A stretch of DNA of 64,000 nucleotides from the human T2T-CHM13v2.0 reference genome, Homo sapiens: the NCBI RefSeq assembly GCF_009914755.1, contig NC_060927.1. The stretch is one strand, 5' to 3'. Made by a program: the position numbers and the translations under genes. The notes under the pieces were generated by a model, which worked only from the letters and a program-made list of their open reading frames with translations, had not been told where the DNA came from and made no database searches. This document shows, piece after piece, positions 27,291-42,479 of this stretch. The number at the start of each line of letters is the position of its first letter. The first letter of the stretch is position 1.

Positions 27291-30200
27291 TTTAAAAATA
27301 GTAAGCTGACCTTTAAAAGTATTTTTCTCTACTTGTTCTATTTTTAAAATCTACTTATTGTTGTGCTAGTACCACATGCACTTTGTTCTTTCTCAAGACA
27401 GAGTCTATCGTTTAGAGTCTGGAAAGATAAATCTTGACCCTATTACGTATTATTCTGGATGAATTTTAGAACCACTTTTACAAAATTATACCCCCATGCC
27501 TTTTCTACTCATGGCTCTCCTCAACGCTGGTGGAATATGGCATTGTGTTGAACCTACAAATTAACTTAGAAATAACAGGGAATTTTGTGGTATGCAGTCT
27601 CTTCATCAGCAACAGGTCTGCTCTCCATTTATTAAAGTTTTAATCTGACCAACATTTCTAATGGGCATATCTTCTGTAATACGCATAGGGTACATGGATG
27701 TGCTATTGGCTTGTAAGATTCTAGAATGATCTTAAACTTTTACAAGAATATCACTATGGTGTTGAAGTCAACCGAGAGAAAATCAAACAATCAAGGAAAT
27801 AAAAAGATGAAGATGAAGAAGATTCTATGTTCATTTCATCCATTTACCAAATAAGCCTTCTGGAAGTTCTAGATGTCATTTGCCAGGCACTGTACTAGAC
27901 ATGGGGATGCAGAAGGGAAACCAGAACAGAGAAAAGCAAATAAAATAACTAGGTGGATCAAATAATAGTAGAAAGCCCTGCTTAACACAGCAGGTAGTAA
28001 AGTGCTTGTTGGAATATTATCAATAGTTTGATGAGATTTAATGTTGTATGATTAATTCATAATTTGTTAATTTACAGTCTAGAAAAACTGTACACAAAAA
28101 GGAAATGCCAGTATATCATACATTAAAGAAAATTCTCTTGAGAAAAATATAATTTAAAATCTGGAGACTTTTCCTCAGAGCTCCACTCTATATTCTGCCC
28201 CATGGGACAGAACTACCTGGAAAAGGCAGGGACTTCCATGGCATCAACTGAAAGCATGCAGACCTTGGCTTTCTGTGTTCTGCAATAAGCAATTATCAGA
28301 CACCAGTGAAAACTACAAATGGGTTCAACGTGCATGCTGCTCCCTTCTTTAGCCTTTAACAGCTTCTCAGCATCTCTTAGGAGTCTGTCATCTCTGTTTA
28401 GAAACGTCAGTTTGTGTTACTAGAAGCACTGGCAGAATCAGAGACCCTGGAATGTGCCCTAGATCACTGTCTACAGATTAGGCTTGAACCCTCAGATGCA
28501 AGCTTCATTCATAGCGGGGAGAAATGGCTGGCACAACTGCTCTGCAGTGCTAATTCTAGCTCTAGGCTCTATCTGTAGTTTAAAGAGATGTTCCCAGGCC
28601 ATCATTTATTTCTCCTTCCTTTTCTTCATCCTTCCTTCCCACAAGGAAGTATTGGGAAACATGACCTCAAGTATTTTCCTAACTCCTGAATTTAAGTCTT
28701 TAGTAAACAAGAATTCAATGAACACTTGTCATGTCCAACTCCTTCTGGATAAATGGGAGGGAATACATTTAAGTAAACTAAAGTGGAACCGAAGAATTAC
28801 AGTTCCAGTTTCAAATCAGCCACTCGCAAAAGCCTCCAGTCGATCTCCCTTTCTTCCTTCCCGTCTTTTTTTTTTTTTTTGAGAGAGGGTCAAAGGCGTG
28901 CCACCAAGTCTGTCTTTCCTCTCTTTTAAAAGGTGGTTTGATTTGCCATAAAAGACACACATTTGACATTTTTGAAGAATACATTCTCTTCTCTATTTTT
29001 TTTGAGCTCACAAGGAGGGGTCAAGGTCGGGGGGTGGGTGACCCCTGGGGATGTGTACATGTGAGGCCACCAAGGAGTGTGGAGAAATACATTTTTTTTT
29101 TGGTGGGATTTAATATTTCTCAATGATTAGATCCAGGTTATGCATTCTCAACTGGGAAATTACATAAGTAATGTTATGCTTTAAGGGCAACACGACGTTC
29201 AGACACTTTTCTGCTTAATGATAAGAGAAAAGGATCACTAGAGGATTTCTTAAAGTTGGCCAGATCAACCTAATCAGGTTGATTAGGTCAACCTAATTTA
29301 TCAAGTAAAGAAGAGAAATGACTCATCCATGGATATTCTTCCTAGGTCTGCCTGTCCATGAAGAGACACGCAGAAGTCAAGGGTGCCTCTCTGTCCTGTC
29401 CAATGTACCTTACCACTTTGTTAGGTGGAGAGAAAATTGGAACATCGTCCTTAAAAAGCTGCAATAACTCTCTTTAATGTTTGAATCAATCCTTAGATGA
29501 CTCAGCAGTTTTGGCTTATATGACTTCTTTGATATTCCGGAAACTGTCTTTTAAGAATTTGTCTTCTTAAAGAAAGTTTCAAGAAGGCCATGTGAAAACA
29601 AAGGCAGCCACAAGCCAAGGAAAGCCTGGAGCCCCCAAAAGCTGGGAGGCAAAAAGAATCCTCCCCTAGAGCCTTCAGACGTAGCTCTGTAGTACTAATA
29701 AGGAAACATTTCCAAGATTAAAAAAAAAAAATGTTTCACATGTTTTACTGCTCAGAGCTATTTCCAGGTCTAAACAATATCTGTTAGGCCCAGGACCCTT
29801 GCTCAAGTCTAATTTTGGAGTTTGTTGAGAGGGTAATTTGACCATCTTGACCAGCAGCCTGGAGTGAAAGGGCAAATGTTTTCCTTATTTTTAATTTATC
29901 CTCAACAGCACTCAGCCCCCCCAATACATACTCAACCCTTTTCCCCTCTGAGGATGGTGAAGACAGCCCTGAAAAATATGCAATTTCACTCAAATATAAA
30001 TAGGAATGGCATCACCCAGAGTTCTGCAGTCCAGTAGGTGAATTGGCCCACCCTCATTCAAGCTCTAGCAATCTTCTTTCAACTGTCTTCCTGGCTCAGG
30101 TGATGGGAGAAGAGGGAAGTGGAGAACTTAAAGGACACAATGCACACTTTCTTTTCTTTTGGATACATGGGAGAAACTGCCTCCCAGAAAATTTGTCTAT

Positions 30201-33200
30201 GCCATGTCTTTGGGTATGACACAGGGGAGGGGGATTCATCTCTCCCCAAAGCTTAAGAGAGGGCTTATGCAGCAGCATTCACCAGAATGGCTAGGAAACT
30301 TGGGTGACTGGAAGCTGGAGTTCTTCTCAGAATGAATGACTTGGAGTGCAGAGGCAACCTTTAACTCTTAGTCTTACATTAGCCACTCATTAGATATCTG
30401 ACTCAGAAAAGTTACACAATCTCTGAGTCTCAATGTTCTCATCTATGAAGCAAAGATAACAATTACCTGGCAGGGTGATTGAGGATTAAATGAGAGACCA
30501 TGTGTGAAACATCTGACAGTGGGTGTTCAATAAATGCCATGTAGTTTTGACTCAAAACTTCAAGTATTAAGGGAGAGTGGCCCTGATGAGGCCTGGGAAG
30601 GAGGATTCATTGATTACTAAGTCAACCATTAGGAATCTGCTGGTGCAATGTCATCCTATACTCAAGATTATCCATCTCCACACCAGTTTCTCTGGAGTTG
30701 TACTAAAACATTCAGCCATAAAAAGAAAATAACAATCTTGATCTATCCCAGTTTGTAAAAACAGAAACTAAGTTAATGGATAAAACTTTCTTCATTCTCA
30801 ATTTTTCCTCTCAGTACTCTTTCTTAAACCTTTGAAACTTGGTGCAGATGCAGGACAACCCTAACTTAAAAACTTTAGGCAAGATTGACAGCTTGTTTCA
30901 CTTGTGATTGTATTATTGATTTGAGATACTAAAGTAACACATTCCTAAAGCAACCTAAAAGAATTCATTATTTATGTGTGAGGCCAATCACAGTTCATAA
31001 CAGACAAAAACAAATACACTCAACATTTTACAGCATTCTTCAAAGGAAATCATGATTCCCAGGATAGAAGAATATAGGAAAGTGTCCAGTGCCCCAATTT
31101 TAGGCTTTGCCAGCCACTTCTTTGGTGAGACTCCAAATAAGTCCTAGACTTGCACTCTGCTTGTTTTCTCAATTATAACACTGGGTTGATGATATCTAAC
31201 ATTTGCAGTTTTACAAGATGCTAAGCATTTTCCTGAGAGCACCCTGACATGAACATAAAAACACCTTAAAATTTAAAATACTATACACATATAAAACATC
31301 ACTATTACTACATTTGTACAGAATTTTCTCCAATTTGAATTGTTTCAGGGAGATGACCAATTAACTGGCCTGAGTTCCACAAATGATTTGCCTGTCTACG
31401 TCATGTTGTTTTAGGTCAGTATTTCTTAATCTCAGCTTATTAGCCCCTCTTCAAATGGGAGTTAAATATTTAACTGGGGAGCTTTAAAAACCACTAATGA
31501 CTGGGTCTCCTACTCTCTCCTGCCCCCCAATTCCAAGAATATTGGATTGGGGATTTTAAAAGCTCTTCTGTGGGGATCTAACATGCAGCCAGTGTGGAGA
31601 ACTACTGTGTTAGGTAAGAGTAAGACTTGCCTTTGTAAGCCACTGTGAAAATTCCCTGTGCCTGACATGCCCCCTTCTTGTGTCCCCTTGTGTTTGGGTG
31701 GACCTTGTCATAAATACTTATCTCAATGACTCCTGGACCACAGAAACTTGGGCCTCTCTTTATGGCTAAGTGGTGTCTAAAAATGGGCTTTGGATCATTA
31801 AATCACAAAATCACACCTTCTTCCCATGGCAGGCATCCTCGTTGGTTACTGGCTAAAGAAAATTACCATGTGAGCAGGGAGATGCTGCCTGTCCCAATAT
31901 TATAGATCTTTCTTTATTTGCTTTCTATCAGTGCTTTTTTTTTGCCTACTTCCTCAGCTTTGATTTATGTTTTCCTAAATATCTATTTCTTCTGTTCTGT
32001 CATTGATATTTTAGCAGTAGGCTGGCTGTTATTAGCAACGTGCCAAACTCTGTTTGAGGAGGGGGAGATAAGCACACCATTACCCCACAAAGTAGGGCAT
32101 CAGATTCCGTGCTTCTGCAGTTAGCAGAAAAAAAGGGACAGTCAGCCAACAGCTCCAATGCCATCTTTGCTTCATCATTTAAACACACCACTATTTTAGA
32201 TAAGGAAATTTACGTTGGATTCTCAAGACAGCCATTTATTATTATTCATTTTGACACAGTCTCGTTAATATAGCCATCCGTGCATCTTTGTCAGGACTCT
32301 TGTGATGGAGTGTTTAGTTAGTTCCTTTTGAAATCAAGCAGATTTGGTGCAGTGTCAAAAACTGATGGATGTCTTATCCTCATTTGTTCAAACAACAAAC
32401 TTTCTAAATGACCTAAAATATACTTGGTGCTCATATAGTCTGCTTTTGGAGAATCAAAATCACAACTCTCACTCTCCAGTCAAATCCAAAAACCAACAAT
32501 TACGCACCTACTATGCCAAGACTCTTTGTCCAGTTGAGTTAAAATCATTTGTTTGCTTTTGTGGTGCTAAGGACCGCATTCGCTGAAATTAATATGGCCT
32601 GTCTAACTTGAACAGGCCACCTCATTAATCTAAAAAGAATAAAACATGTGACATGGACTGCTATTGTTTGCAAACATTTAAAAGCAGAAAAGCAAACGAT
32701 GAAATTGAGGCTGGCAACCCTGCATGCTCAGGACTGGCTGTTTTCTGGAGGGGATAATGACACTGAGTCCTCTTATTCCAGGGAATCCTAGGTAATTGCT
32801 GGAGGCAAAGTCTGAATGACAGTCTTCATTTGTCTGGTGGGACATGCTTTGAGAGACCACTATCATTTATGGGGCCAAGCTGGTGGATGAGGTGTTCTAG
32901 CAGAAATAGCAATAAAACTGAAAACTGAAGAACTGTCTGTTGTTATAGTAAAGTCAACTTTAAGAAAAGTCCCTGAAGAGAGTAGAAGCTTTATCTATCA
33001 CTACTAAAATAAACTCTCATGTGAAGAACTTCTTCCCATAGAGAAAACAGGTAGCCATGAAGTAACACATGATTATAAAGCTATTGAAGATGTTTGCCCA
33101 AGGTGGCCTCATAGCATAGTGAGTTGCTTCTGTCTGCCTGTCTTCACTCTCTTGGTTCAGCAGTTCAGTAAGTTATCAGCAACATGCCCTACCTCATCAC

Positions 33201-35309
33201 GAAAGTGCTCCATTATAAAACTGTTCATAAAAGCATGATAAGCAGTAACATGATAAGTACCATAATAGAAACATAACATTCTTCTTGCCATAGTTCCTGC
33301 AAAAGTGGGGAAAACTTCCCAAGTGGTGACCTTCAGGCAAAACAGGCAGTAAAAGGCATTTTTAGAATCACACACATCCTACCAAGGGAAAAGAATCAGC
33401 CATAGAAAAATAATGTAGCTAGTAGAAGCACATCACACTCCAGGCTAGAAGACAAGTTTGCAAGACTCAGTGCCACAGGAAGCCCACACTGTGTTTCTAC
33501 TCTGACAAAAATGAGGAATAACACCAACATTTAAAGGTATTCATCCCAGAGGTCCAAATAACAGGTTCAGAGTCAGCAATCTGAACACTGCTCTTTCCTC
33601 CCATCATGGGTTTTCACTGTGACACAGCCAACAGTCTCTCTTTGGGCAACGATTTAGGGCGTAGGTTCAATTTTGCTGGAATCAGGAGAGACTTCACTCT
33701 GACACATTCTTTCTCAAAGAGAGGTTTTTTGATTAGTACAACAAAATAAGCTACTGGATGTAAGGCAAGTAATCCTACAGACTAACGGAATTCATTCTGC
33801 ATATGAGGAACCCTAAGTACGAACTCAGCTTCCGTGTGTTTGACCGTATTCTAATACTCTTTACACTAGAAAAACAGGCCATAGTTCTATACACATTTCT
33901 CCATATGTCCTGAAACATGGTCAGGTCCCATCTGCAAATTTACCTTTGGAAATTAGCTGTAAAGGTCATCCTTATATTCTACCCCTTGAGGAAAGTTGAA
34001 AAGCAGATTTGTACCTCACCATTAGACTGCAAAAGCACTACTGACTCAAAAGCACTACTGATTCTGAAATGCTTAATATTCTTGTAAAGTATATCCTTAT
34101 ACTTGCTGTAAGAAATATTTTCATTTACAACTTAATGTTTGTGACAGCTGGCATCATCCAATTTACCCATGCCAGGGGCCACTGTGGAAATAGGACTAAT
34201 TAACATTTGCATTTCAGCTTCGGCTACCCTAGCAGGTAGGAAAAAGGTCTTGGAGAGGAAGGATGACCAGTAGTCTAAGTAGTGTAAGGGATACTCTTGA
34301 AAGTATTCCTTAATCTGTTGGCCTCTATAAGACTTAGAGAATTATCCAAGGTTCAGTATTTCCATATTTTATTCCTAATAGCTAGTACCAAGTATGCTGG
34401 AACAAATGTCTAATTTGAATGAAGTTTAATTACAAAAAGGTTCTCCATTTCAAGACAAAATCTAAAACAGTAAATCAAACTCAAGCTCAACTCAGGCCCA
34501 AGACAGCTCCACTGCTGAGAAGTGAATTGCCACCGTATCTGTCCAGTGGTCAGCACTGCTCAAGAGCAGACTTCTAGTACTGCCTGGGATCCAGAGAGTT
34601 GAGCAGGAGAGTACTGGGACCATGTACTCCCTATCTATAGTAGGCAGACTTCCATTTCCGAGCTGAACATTTGAGGACAGATGCTGAGGCAAAATGTTTG
34701 TGCTGTAGCCAGAAATAGTAACCCTAAGGTTCTTGGGAAATCACATTTTGTAGTGTTGGACTAGGCAGACTGGTTTAGGTATTCCACAACTGGAGAGAAG
34801 GACACAGTTCGTCTGGGCCACTCAGTTTGCCAGAATGGAGTCTGGATCCTCTTCAAAGGATATGTACCTGTAGAAGCTGCTGGCAGTGGGGACTGGTTGG
34901 GGTTGGGGGGTGAGAGTGAAAGTTTTGTTCCCTGATTCTAGAAGACAGGGATCATACTTGTAATCCTGGAAGGTGATCAGAAATGCTATTTTAAAACTCA
35001 AAAACAGATCCACAGACCACCGACTATAGTGAAAGAAGATGGTAAGTTTGGGGCAGGCTCTTTAAGTGCAGAAGGTTGCCTGCCTTCGTCAAAAAATCTT
35101 ATGTCTGGGCAACTGGCTACCTTCATATACTGATTCCTTTTTCACAAATAATGCAGGTAAAAGATTTTATGTTCTCCCAGAAATAACTGTCCATTTGTCT
35201 CGCAAGATAACAGCTCACTGACAATGCACCTAAGTTAGTCAAGAGCTCTGATGAAGATGTACAAGAATAATGTTGTTTCCATGCCTAACACATCTATTCT
35301 GTAGTCCAT

Positions 35310-36258
35310 GCATAAACGTGTAATTGTGACTTTCAAACTCTAATTATTTAAGAAATATGTTTTGTAAGGTTACAGTTGCCATAGTCCTTAATATATGAAG
35401 TTGCCATAATCCTTCAGGAAAGGATTCACCATTTTAGATGCCATTAAGAACATTCATGATTCATGGGAGAAAGTAAAAATATCAACATTAACAGGTGTTT
35501 GGAAGTTGATTCCAACTCTCATGAGTGGCTCTGAGGGGTTCAAGGCTCCAGTGGAGGAATGAACTGCAGAAGTGGAGCCTGAAGATGTGACTGAATTGCT
35601 GCCATCTCATGCTAAAACTTGAACAGATAAGGAGGTGCTTCTTATGGATGAGTAAAAGTGGTTTCTTCTTATGGATGAGTAAAGAAAGAGGTTTCTTGAG
35701 ATTGGATCTACTTATGGTGGAGATGCTGTGAACACTGTTGAAATGACAACAAAGATTTAGAAAATTCCATAAATTTAGTTGTAAGGCAGTAGCAGGGTAT
35801 GAGAGGATTGACTCAAACTCTGAAAGAAGTTCTACTGTGGGCAAAATGCTATCAAGCAGCATTCCATGCTACAGGGAAATCTTTTGTGAAAGGAAGAGTC
35901 AATCAAGTGGCAAAGTCCATTGCCTTATGCTAAGAAACTGCCACAGCCACCCAACCTTCCAGAAACTACCACCCTGATCAGTCAGCAGCCATCAACTTTG
36001 AGGCAAGACCCTCTACCACTAAAAAGATTACAACTTGCTAAGGGCTCAGAAGATCTTTGGCATTTTCTGACAATATTTTAAAATTAAGGTATGTATATTT
36101 TTAAAGATACAATGCTATTGAAACACACTATAGACTACAGTACAGTATAACTTCTATATGCATCAGGAAACTAAAAATTCTGTGATTTGCTTTATTGTGA
36201 TATTTGCTTTATTGCCGTGGTCTGAAACCAAACCCACAATATCTCTAAGGTATGTCCG
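35310..36258 (+). mobile_element. Tigger1 DNA transposon 3' portion
   Basis: ggaaaggattcaccattttagatgccattaagaacattcatgattcatggg...; terminal inverted repeat-like end atatctctaaggtatgtccg followed by TA. Confidence 0.88.
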
Positions 36259-37589
36259 TATAAGTTCCTAAGCATAGTATGGGGGCATATCTAATGTGTA
36301 CCATTTTAAGTAGTGGCTATTCTTGAATTTACACTTTCACATGAATTTTAGAATCAGTTTGACTAGCTCTAAGTCCTATTGAGAGTTTTAAAACAGGATT
36401 CAAATGAATTCTTTACAATATAACCTTCCCATTCATGGCCATGATATTCTGCTCCATTATTGAAGTTTTCTTATCTATCTTTCAAAAAAGAACATAAGAC
36501 TCTAGCATATTTCTTGTTAGGCTTTCCCTAGGTGATTTTTAATTGCTATTATAAATAAATATCCATTTTTCCCATAAAATATTGCTATATGTTAGTATAT
36601 TAATCTTGTACTGTTACCTTTTTCAACTCTATTGGTTCTGATAGCTTGTCAGTTGTCTACCTTTCATCTTCTAGGTAAATATTTCTTACAAATAATGAGA
36701 TTTGCTCCTACTTTCCAATTTATCTCATTACTTTTACTTGTCTTACTGCACTGGCTAGGACACCCAAGAATACTGTTGAAGAGAAGTTGTAGAGGGTATC
36801 CTTGTTTGATCCCTGAAAAGAATTCTTCTAGCATTTTACCCTTGTATATGATGATTACTAGAGATAAACTTTTAACAAGTTAACAAATTTCTAGTTTGAT
36901 ATTTTTTTTTAACCAAATATGGTGTGGTGGTTTTAAATGTAATCTACTCCAGTTAAAGACTATGACACTCTATTATTATCACTAATCAAACTCATGAATA
37001 ATGAACAGTACATAAAAAATAATGTTATGTTTTACTTTAGCACCCAGGAAGCTCAAAACCAAACTATCTGAATATAACAACTCTGCACAGCATAGCCTGC
37101 TCATCTATATGACATTGACACTATTCCCTCCCCCAAAATACCACCTATTCTAATTTATATTATCCTAAATATTTTTCTCTTATTTTTCTATTTTATTGAG
37201 TGGATTTCCTATCAATTGCCATACATTTTTAATGGAATAAGATAAAGTATAAATAAAAACTTTAAAAAAACGTGGCTACCTTTGGATTTGAAGTGAAAAA
37301 CGTGATATAACCAGGACAGTATAGCACATGGAAATCTAACACTATGACTAACAAACGTATTGGGTGATGTGAATTAAGAATCTGGTTCAGAGGAAATCAA
37401 GTATTTAAACTGAGGTCTGCTTATACACATGGTTAAGCTTATTTGTCATGACTAGCCATTAGTAAATACATGTTAATTTCATACAATTAAAAAGAAACCC
37501 ACAAACCATTAGCATTTTGATTAATACATGATTAATAAAAGTTTGCTGAACATACAATCTTAGATCATTATAAATTCTTTTTGAAAGGT

Positions 37590-37907
37590 AGACTGGGTGC
37601 AGTGGCTCACGCCTGTAATCCTGACACTTTGGGAGGCCATGGAAGGTAAAAAGCTTGAACTCAGAAGTTCAAGACCACCCTGGGCAACATAGTGGGATTC
37701 TATTTTTACAAAAAAATACAAATATTAGCCAGGCATGGTGGTGGGCACCTATAGTCCCAGATACATGGGAGGCTGAGGTGGAAGGATCACTTGAGCTCAG
37801 AAGGTCGTGGCTGCAGTGAGCCAAGATCGCACCACTGCACTGCACTCCAGCCTGGGCAACACAGCAAAACCCTGCCTAAACAGAACAAAACAAAACAAAA
37901 CCAAAAC
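37590..37907 (+). mobile_element. Alu (AluJ) just beyond the MRPL3 poly(A) site
   Basis: Dimeric Alu with a (CAAAA)n tail. Confidence 0.9.
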
Positions 37908-37977
37908 ACACTGATCTTATAATTGAGTGATAAAACTAAAAAGTAATCACCTCTCCCAACAAAAATGTAAACAGGAC

Positions 37978-38489
37978 CGATAATTTATGATTTTATTGTC
38001 TTTCCTTTGTCCGGCCTTTAACATGTTTCTGTAATTTAAATAAAAATCTATTTACTTTCTCCATTTTAGCAAATGGTTTCTTTACCCAAATAGGTTGCAC
38101 TATAGTCCCCATATGGTTTTCTACTGTTCCACAACCACTATTTCACAAAGATTGACAAAACTTTAATAAAAGTTAAATTTACAGACATCTTAAGATAACT
38201 TGGGAAATATGTAGTAAAAAAGAATCGAGTCCACAAATTAAGAATATTTTGCTAATATGCCCAACACCAATTTCAGCAAATCCAATCTACTTAACTCATA
38301 TATTTAATGTGGTAATTTTTCTAACAAAATTTAATGGGGGTATGAATGATATATTTATGCCCTTGACAAAGATGACATGTGTGATTTTGTTGTGACTAAG
38401 AAAGGAGAGTATGATTTCTGGTGGTTATGATATCACTCTGGCTCATCGAAGCTCACAGAATATGTAAGGTTCTGCCACGTCCAAAGATG
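37978..38489 (-). other. MRPL3: MRPL3 3' UTR (distal end approximate)
   Basis: Runs from the stop codon to about 15 nt beyond the AATAAA at 37992-37997. AT-rich; the exact cleavage site is inferred. Confidence 0.8.
37992..37997 (-). terminator. Polyadenylation signal AATAAA of MRPL3
   Basis: Plus-strand TTTATT = AATAAA on the minus strand, followed by a U/GU-rich downstream element (cctgtttacatttttgttggg, about 37955-37975). Confidence 0.8.
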
Positions 38490-38702
<213 letters not shown>

Positions 38703-41644
38703 CTATTATTCATAATCAAAGAAATACTCGCTACTACATTTTCTAATGTGAATAACACAACTGTTACATAAATAGAGTAAAAAGAACTCAGTCAATGCTT
38801 TCCTTTAATTCTAAAAAATTTGACTAATCCAGTAACAGAAACTCAAGAAGCTATAAGGATAAAATCACCAATTGTTACTTTGTATCTTAACTTGTAAGAA
38901 TCTCTAGGATTGCCCACAGGATGAAATCACATTCTAAAATTACTACTTGAATTTCATTTATATGGATTCATTTTCAAATATAATGACCTGACAAACTAGC
39001 ATTTTTGTTAGTCTTAACTCTAAGAGCACATAATCAAAAATATCACCTCTTATTAAGGAAATCAGCTTACATTTTTCTTCCCCTACCAAAAGAGTCATTT
39101 CTCCAACAAATAAAACAAACAAGATTGTATTTCTATGTCACATGGTCAAAAAAAAAAAAAAGTCCTGTATTGACGGAAAATTTAAAGTTAATTCTTCAGC
39201 ATTTTCAAATTTGGGTAAGGGCCTTTAAGTTGAGACTATTTTATATCATTCTTGATTTAGCACTGAATACTCCCATGGCCTTAGTGCATTTTTCTGCTTA
39301 TAGGTGTGAGCAACAAGAACCAATCCTATCTTCATATACAACAAATGCAGCACAATGTATGTCAGAGCATACATTCTTATTGATAAGTTAAAGACAGAAT
39401 AATATTTAGCAAAAACAATAACAGACCTATGGGTCTTTATAAGAGCTCTGTTAACTCTATATATTCTCAAAAATTCTAATTATATCTGTGAATTCACAGA
39501 CTGAAGAATTTTAATATAGGTACTGATGTGATCTAAAATGTTGAGTTTTATTTTTGGAAAACATTATTGGATTCTTCAGAACTTCTGACTCATTCTACAG
39601 CCTTCATTCATAAGTAAAGTTTTTAAAAAAATTACATGTAATTATATACACGAGTAAAATGAGGCATAATTACTTTAGCAATAAGAAATGAATAATTTGG
39701 TTGAAATAAAGTACACAGCTGCTAGGAACAGCTTAGTACAGAAAAACAGATCTACTTTAATCCCTCTTATTAAAATTGTTTCAAGAAATTATCAGTAAAT
39801 TACCCAGAAGAAAGTAAACTTGTTTAGTTTTGTCCCCCCAATCCATTAATCTTAGGTTGAACTTTAAGAAGGGAAAAAGTCATATTCTTACCAATTTAAA
39901 CTTGCTCAGTATTTAGGATTGAAAATAAAACCCAAGCAAAAAAAACAATAAAACCAATCACAACAAAACTTTCTGTGCTAATTTGAGAAATAAAAATTTA
40001 GTCATCAATGACCCAAAGAGATAACTCTCAGTTGCTTTCACACTTTTATAGAACTATTATACCTGAGAAATATTTTAGACGACGGAATCACTGTTTGTAA
40101 AATCTAAGTATTATAATTCATGGATCTGAAACGTAAATGACATCTCAACCATTTTTGTCTTAGTGGTGCAAAAGTTGAGGGCCAAAGGTCTGCAGCCCAT
40201 ATGTATTTTTGTGTATTTAATCTTACCTCAGGTTTATTATTTCCCTGCCTGCACCAAGACTCCCTCAATTATCTACCTCATTCTTTTTATGTCTATCAGC
40301 AAACCAGTCTAAATCTTTTAAGAAAATGTGGGGGAAGGACAGACAAAAGCCAGGCAAATCTGAAAATAAATGATATATAGGACATAGGAATGAACACGAA
40401 TGAACCGTACTTTAGAACATACATTTATACTTATTATGCTGTAAACAATAGTTCTTTAGTCTTCATTAATACATTTAGTGAATCCAAACAGCAAAACAAA
40501 AAGCTAATGCCAATTAAATAGGTTGGTCATCTCTAAGACTATCTTTACTAACTTTGGAATCTTTAAAAAAAGTTATTGGTAACCCTGTACTCTGAGGAAA
40601 CAAAAGCTCCCAAGAAGTGAGTGGATGTTAACAAAGTTGGCTGCCCACTAGGAAGTGGCTCAAAACCCATAGGCAAGGAAGGACTAATTTACCTGCTACG
40701 GAGTCATTGGAAGAACGTAAATAATGGAGTGAAAGGACATAGCAAGTTTTACCATTTAAAACACAAACCTATAAAATGTTCCCCAAATTCATACCTTAAT
40801 TAATGCCTGGGCAGATACTTTAAGGTTACAAAAGAAAGTTATTTAAGCACCATATTTCAAAGATTTTTTTAAAGGACGTGTTTATTATACAAATATACTT
40901 GCTGGAAATATATTCACTAGTGTGTTAATAGTTCAAAAGGGACTAGACATTGTTCTGATGCCAGTTTCTCAAAATGTATTTAGACTCCCGTTTCAGAACT
41001 CTTTGGTGTATCTTCTGAGTATCTTCAGTGATGGCAAACTATTATCGATTGAGAGTGAATAGAGTTTTTGGAAGTAATCTTTTACTGAAGTAGGCGATAA
41101 ATCTGAGTAATAAATGTTACTGGTTATCAACTATTTATACAACTACATCAGAATGTCATTGTATGTACTACAGTTTTTCAAGATAATTGACCATTCATCT
41201 CTGCTGGTAACAGGGATATTGTAGAAGTACTTGAGAAGATGTTGTAGTAGTACTTGAGAAGTCACAGCAATTAATGGTAAGGTTCAGCTAGAAAACCAGC
41301 CTAGAATCATGTATGTAGAAAAATAGGCAGAAAAGGAGGATTTGACATTTAAAAATTAATCTGGTGTCCAGTATACTTTTATTATAAAAAATAATCCTTC
41401 TCCTTTATCAGGTTGTGCTATTTATAACCTGTGATCTGAAATGTGGGGCTAGGGATATGAAGATATGTCTTCACATGAATTATGAAGACAAAATACCACG
41501 GGAAGTACAATGACAATACTCTGGCTTCAACTATCTGTCATTGTAAGTATGACTGCCTTACTTGGGGACTAGAAACCTACTTAAACTTAAAAACCTGCAA
41601 ACTTAAGGAAAAAACAAAACTTACAAAAATTCATCAAATACATT

Positions 41645-41834
41645 TTTCTTTTTCTCTCTTTTTTTTTTTTTTTTTGTTTTTTTAAGCAAGGTCCCACTCT
41701 GTTGCCCAGGCTAGAAGGCAATAGTGTGATCACAGCTCACTGCAGCCTCCAACTCCTGAGGCCACGTGATCCTATCCTCCCACTTCAGCCTCCTGAGTAG
41801 CTGGAATTACAGATGCAAGCCACCAGGCCTGGCT
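41645..41834 (-). mobile_element. Alu right monomer (FRAM/AluJ fragment)
   Basis: T tract plus about 150 nt of reverse right arm. Confidence 0.85.
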
Positions 41835-42479
41835 TAAATGCATTTTTTTCTTTAACAAAAATGAGAATAATCCAGTCAGTAAGTGAAGTGTCTCAGAAAG
41901 GTAATTTTAAAAAGCAAAATTCTTATTCCTTGCAAGATTTCAAAAAATTATTCCCTATGCTAGTAATGGAACCTAGAAATGAAAAAAAATATATAAGGAA
42001 ACACTGAGTTTAAAAAATCAGAGGATTAAGTTTCACTATTTCTTTGCTGCTATCATTGGAAAATCAATGAAGAGTATACTCTGGAGAACAGCTGACATAA
42101 CTTCTAATACAAACTTATTTTCAGCATGGAAGATTCAAAACTCAGAGGTAAGAAAATTTGTATTAGGTTGGAATAAACCCCAGGCAGAATATTTATTTTC
42201 TATTTTATGGAAGTAAGTCTCTGAGAACTTAAAGAGTTTTTATTAAAATGTATCTGAGCTATCGGTACAAATTTTTTACTTTTTTCTTTTTTTTAAGAAA
42301 AACACTTAAAAGATATAATCAGAGCATGGTGTTAGTAATAATAAAAAAGCTCCCCCTCAAATGTCTACCTTTAACCACTTTTGATGATTCCAATTTTTAC
42401 CTCATGTATTTCTGGTTTGTCAAAGTAACTCTTTTAAAAGCCAAAAAGCATTTTTTTTGGGGGGGGTGGGGGCAGGGTT

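Noticed and set aside
26818-29180. Similar ~70-bp segments at about 26818 and 29110
   Set aside because: Both look like the same part of an ancient L1MC 3' end, so most likely independent repeat fragments.
33157-33375. Minus-strand ORF with acceptor-like ccccacttttgcag at about 33297
   Set aside because: No convincing donor and no recognisable protein; likely chance.
34030-34063. 17-bp tandem duplication (similar short ones near 26222-26292 and 55210-55242)
   Set aside because: Ordinary two-copy slippage duplications with no spacers; not CRISPR-like.
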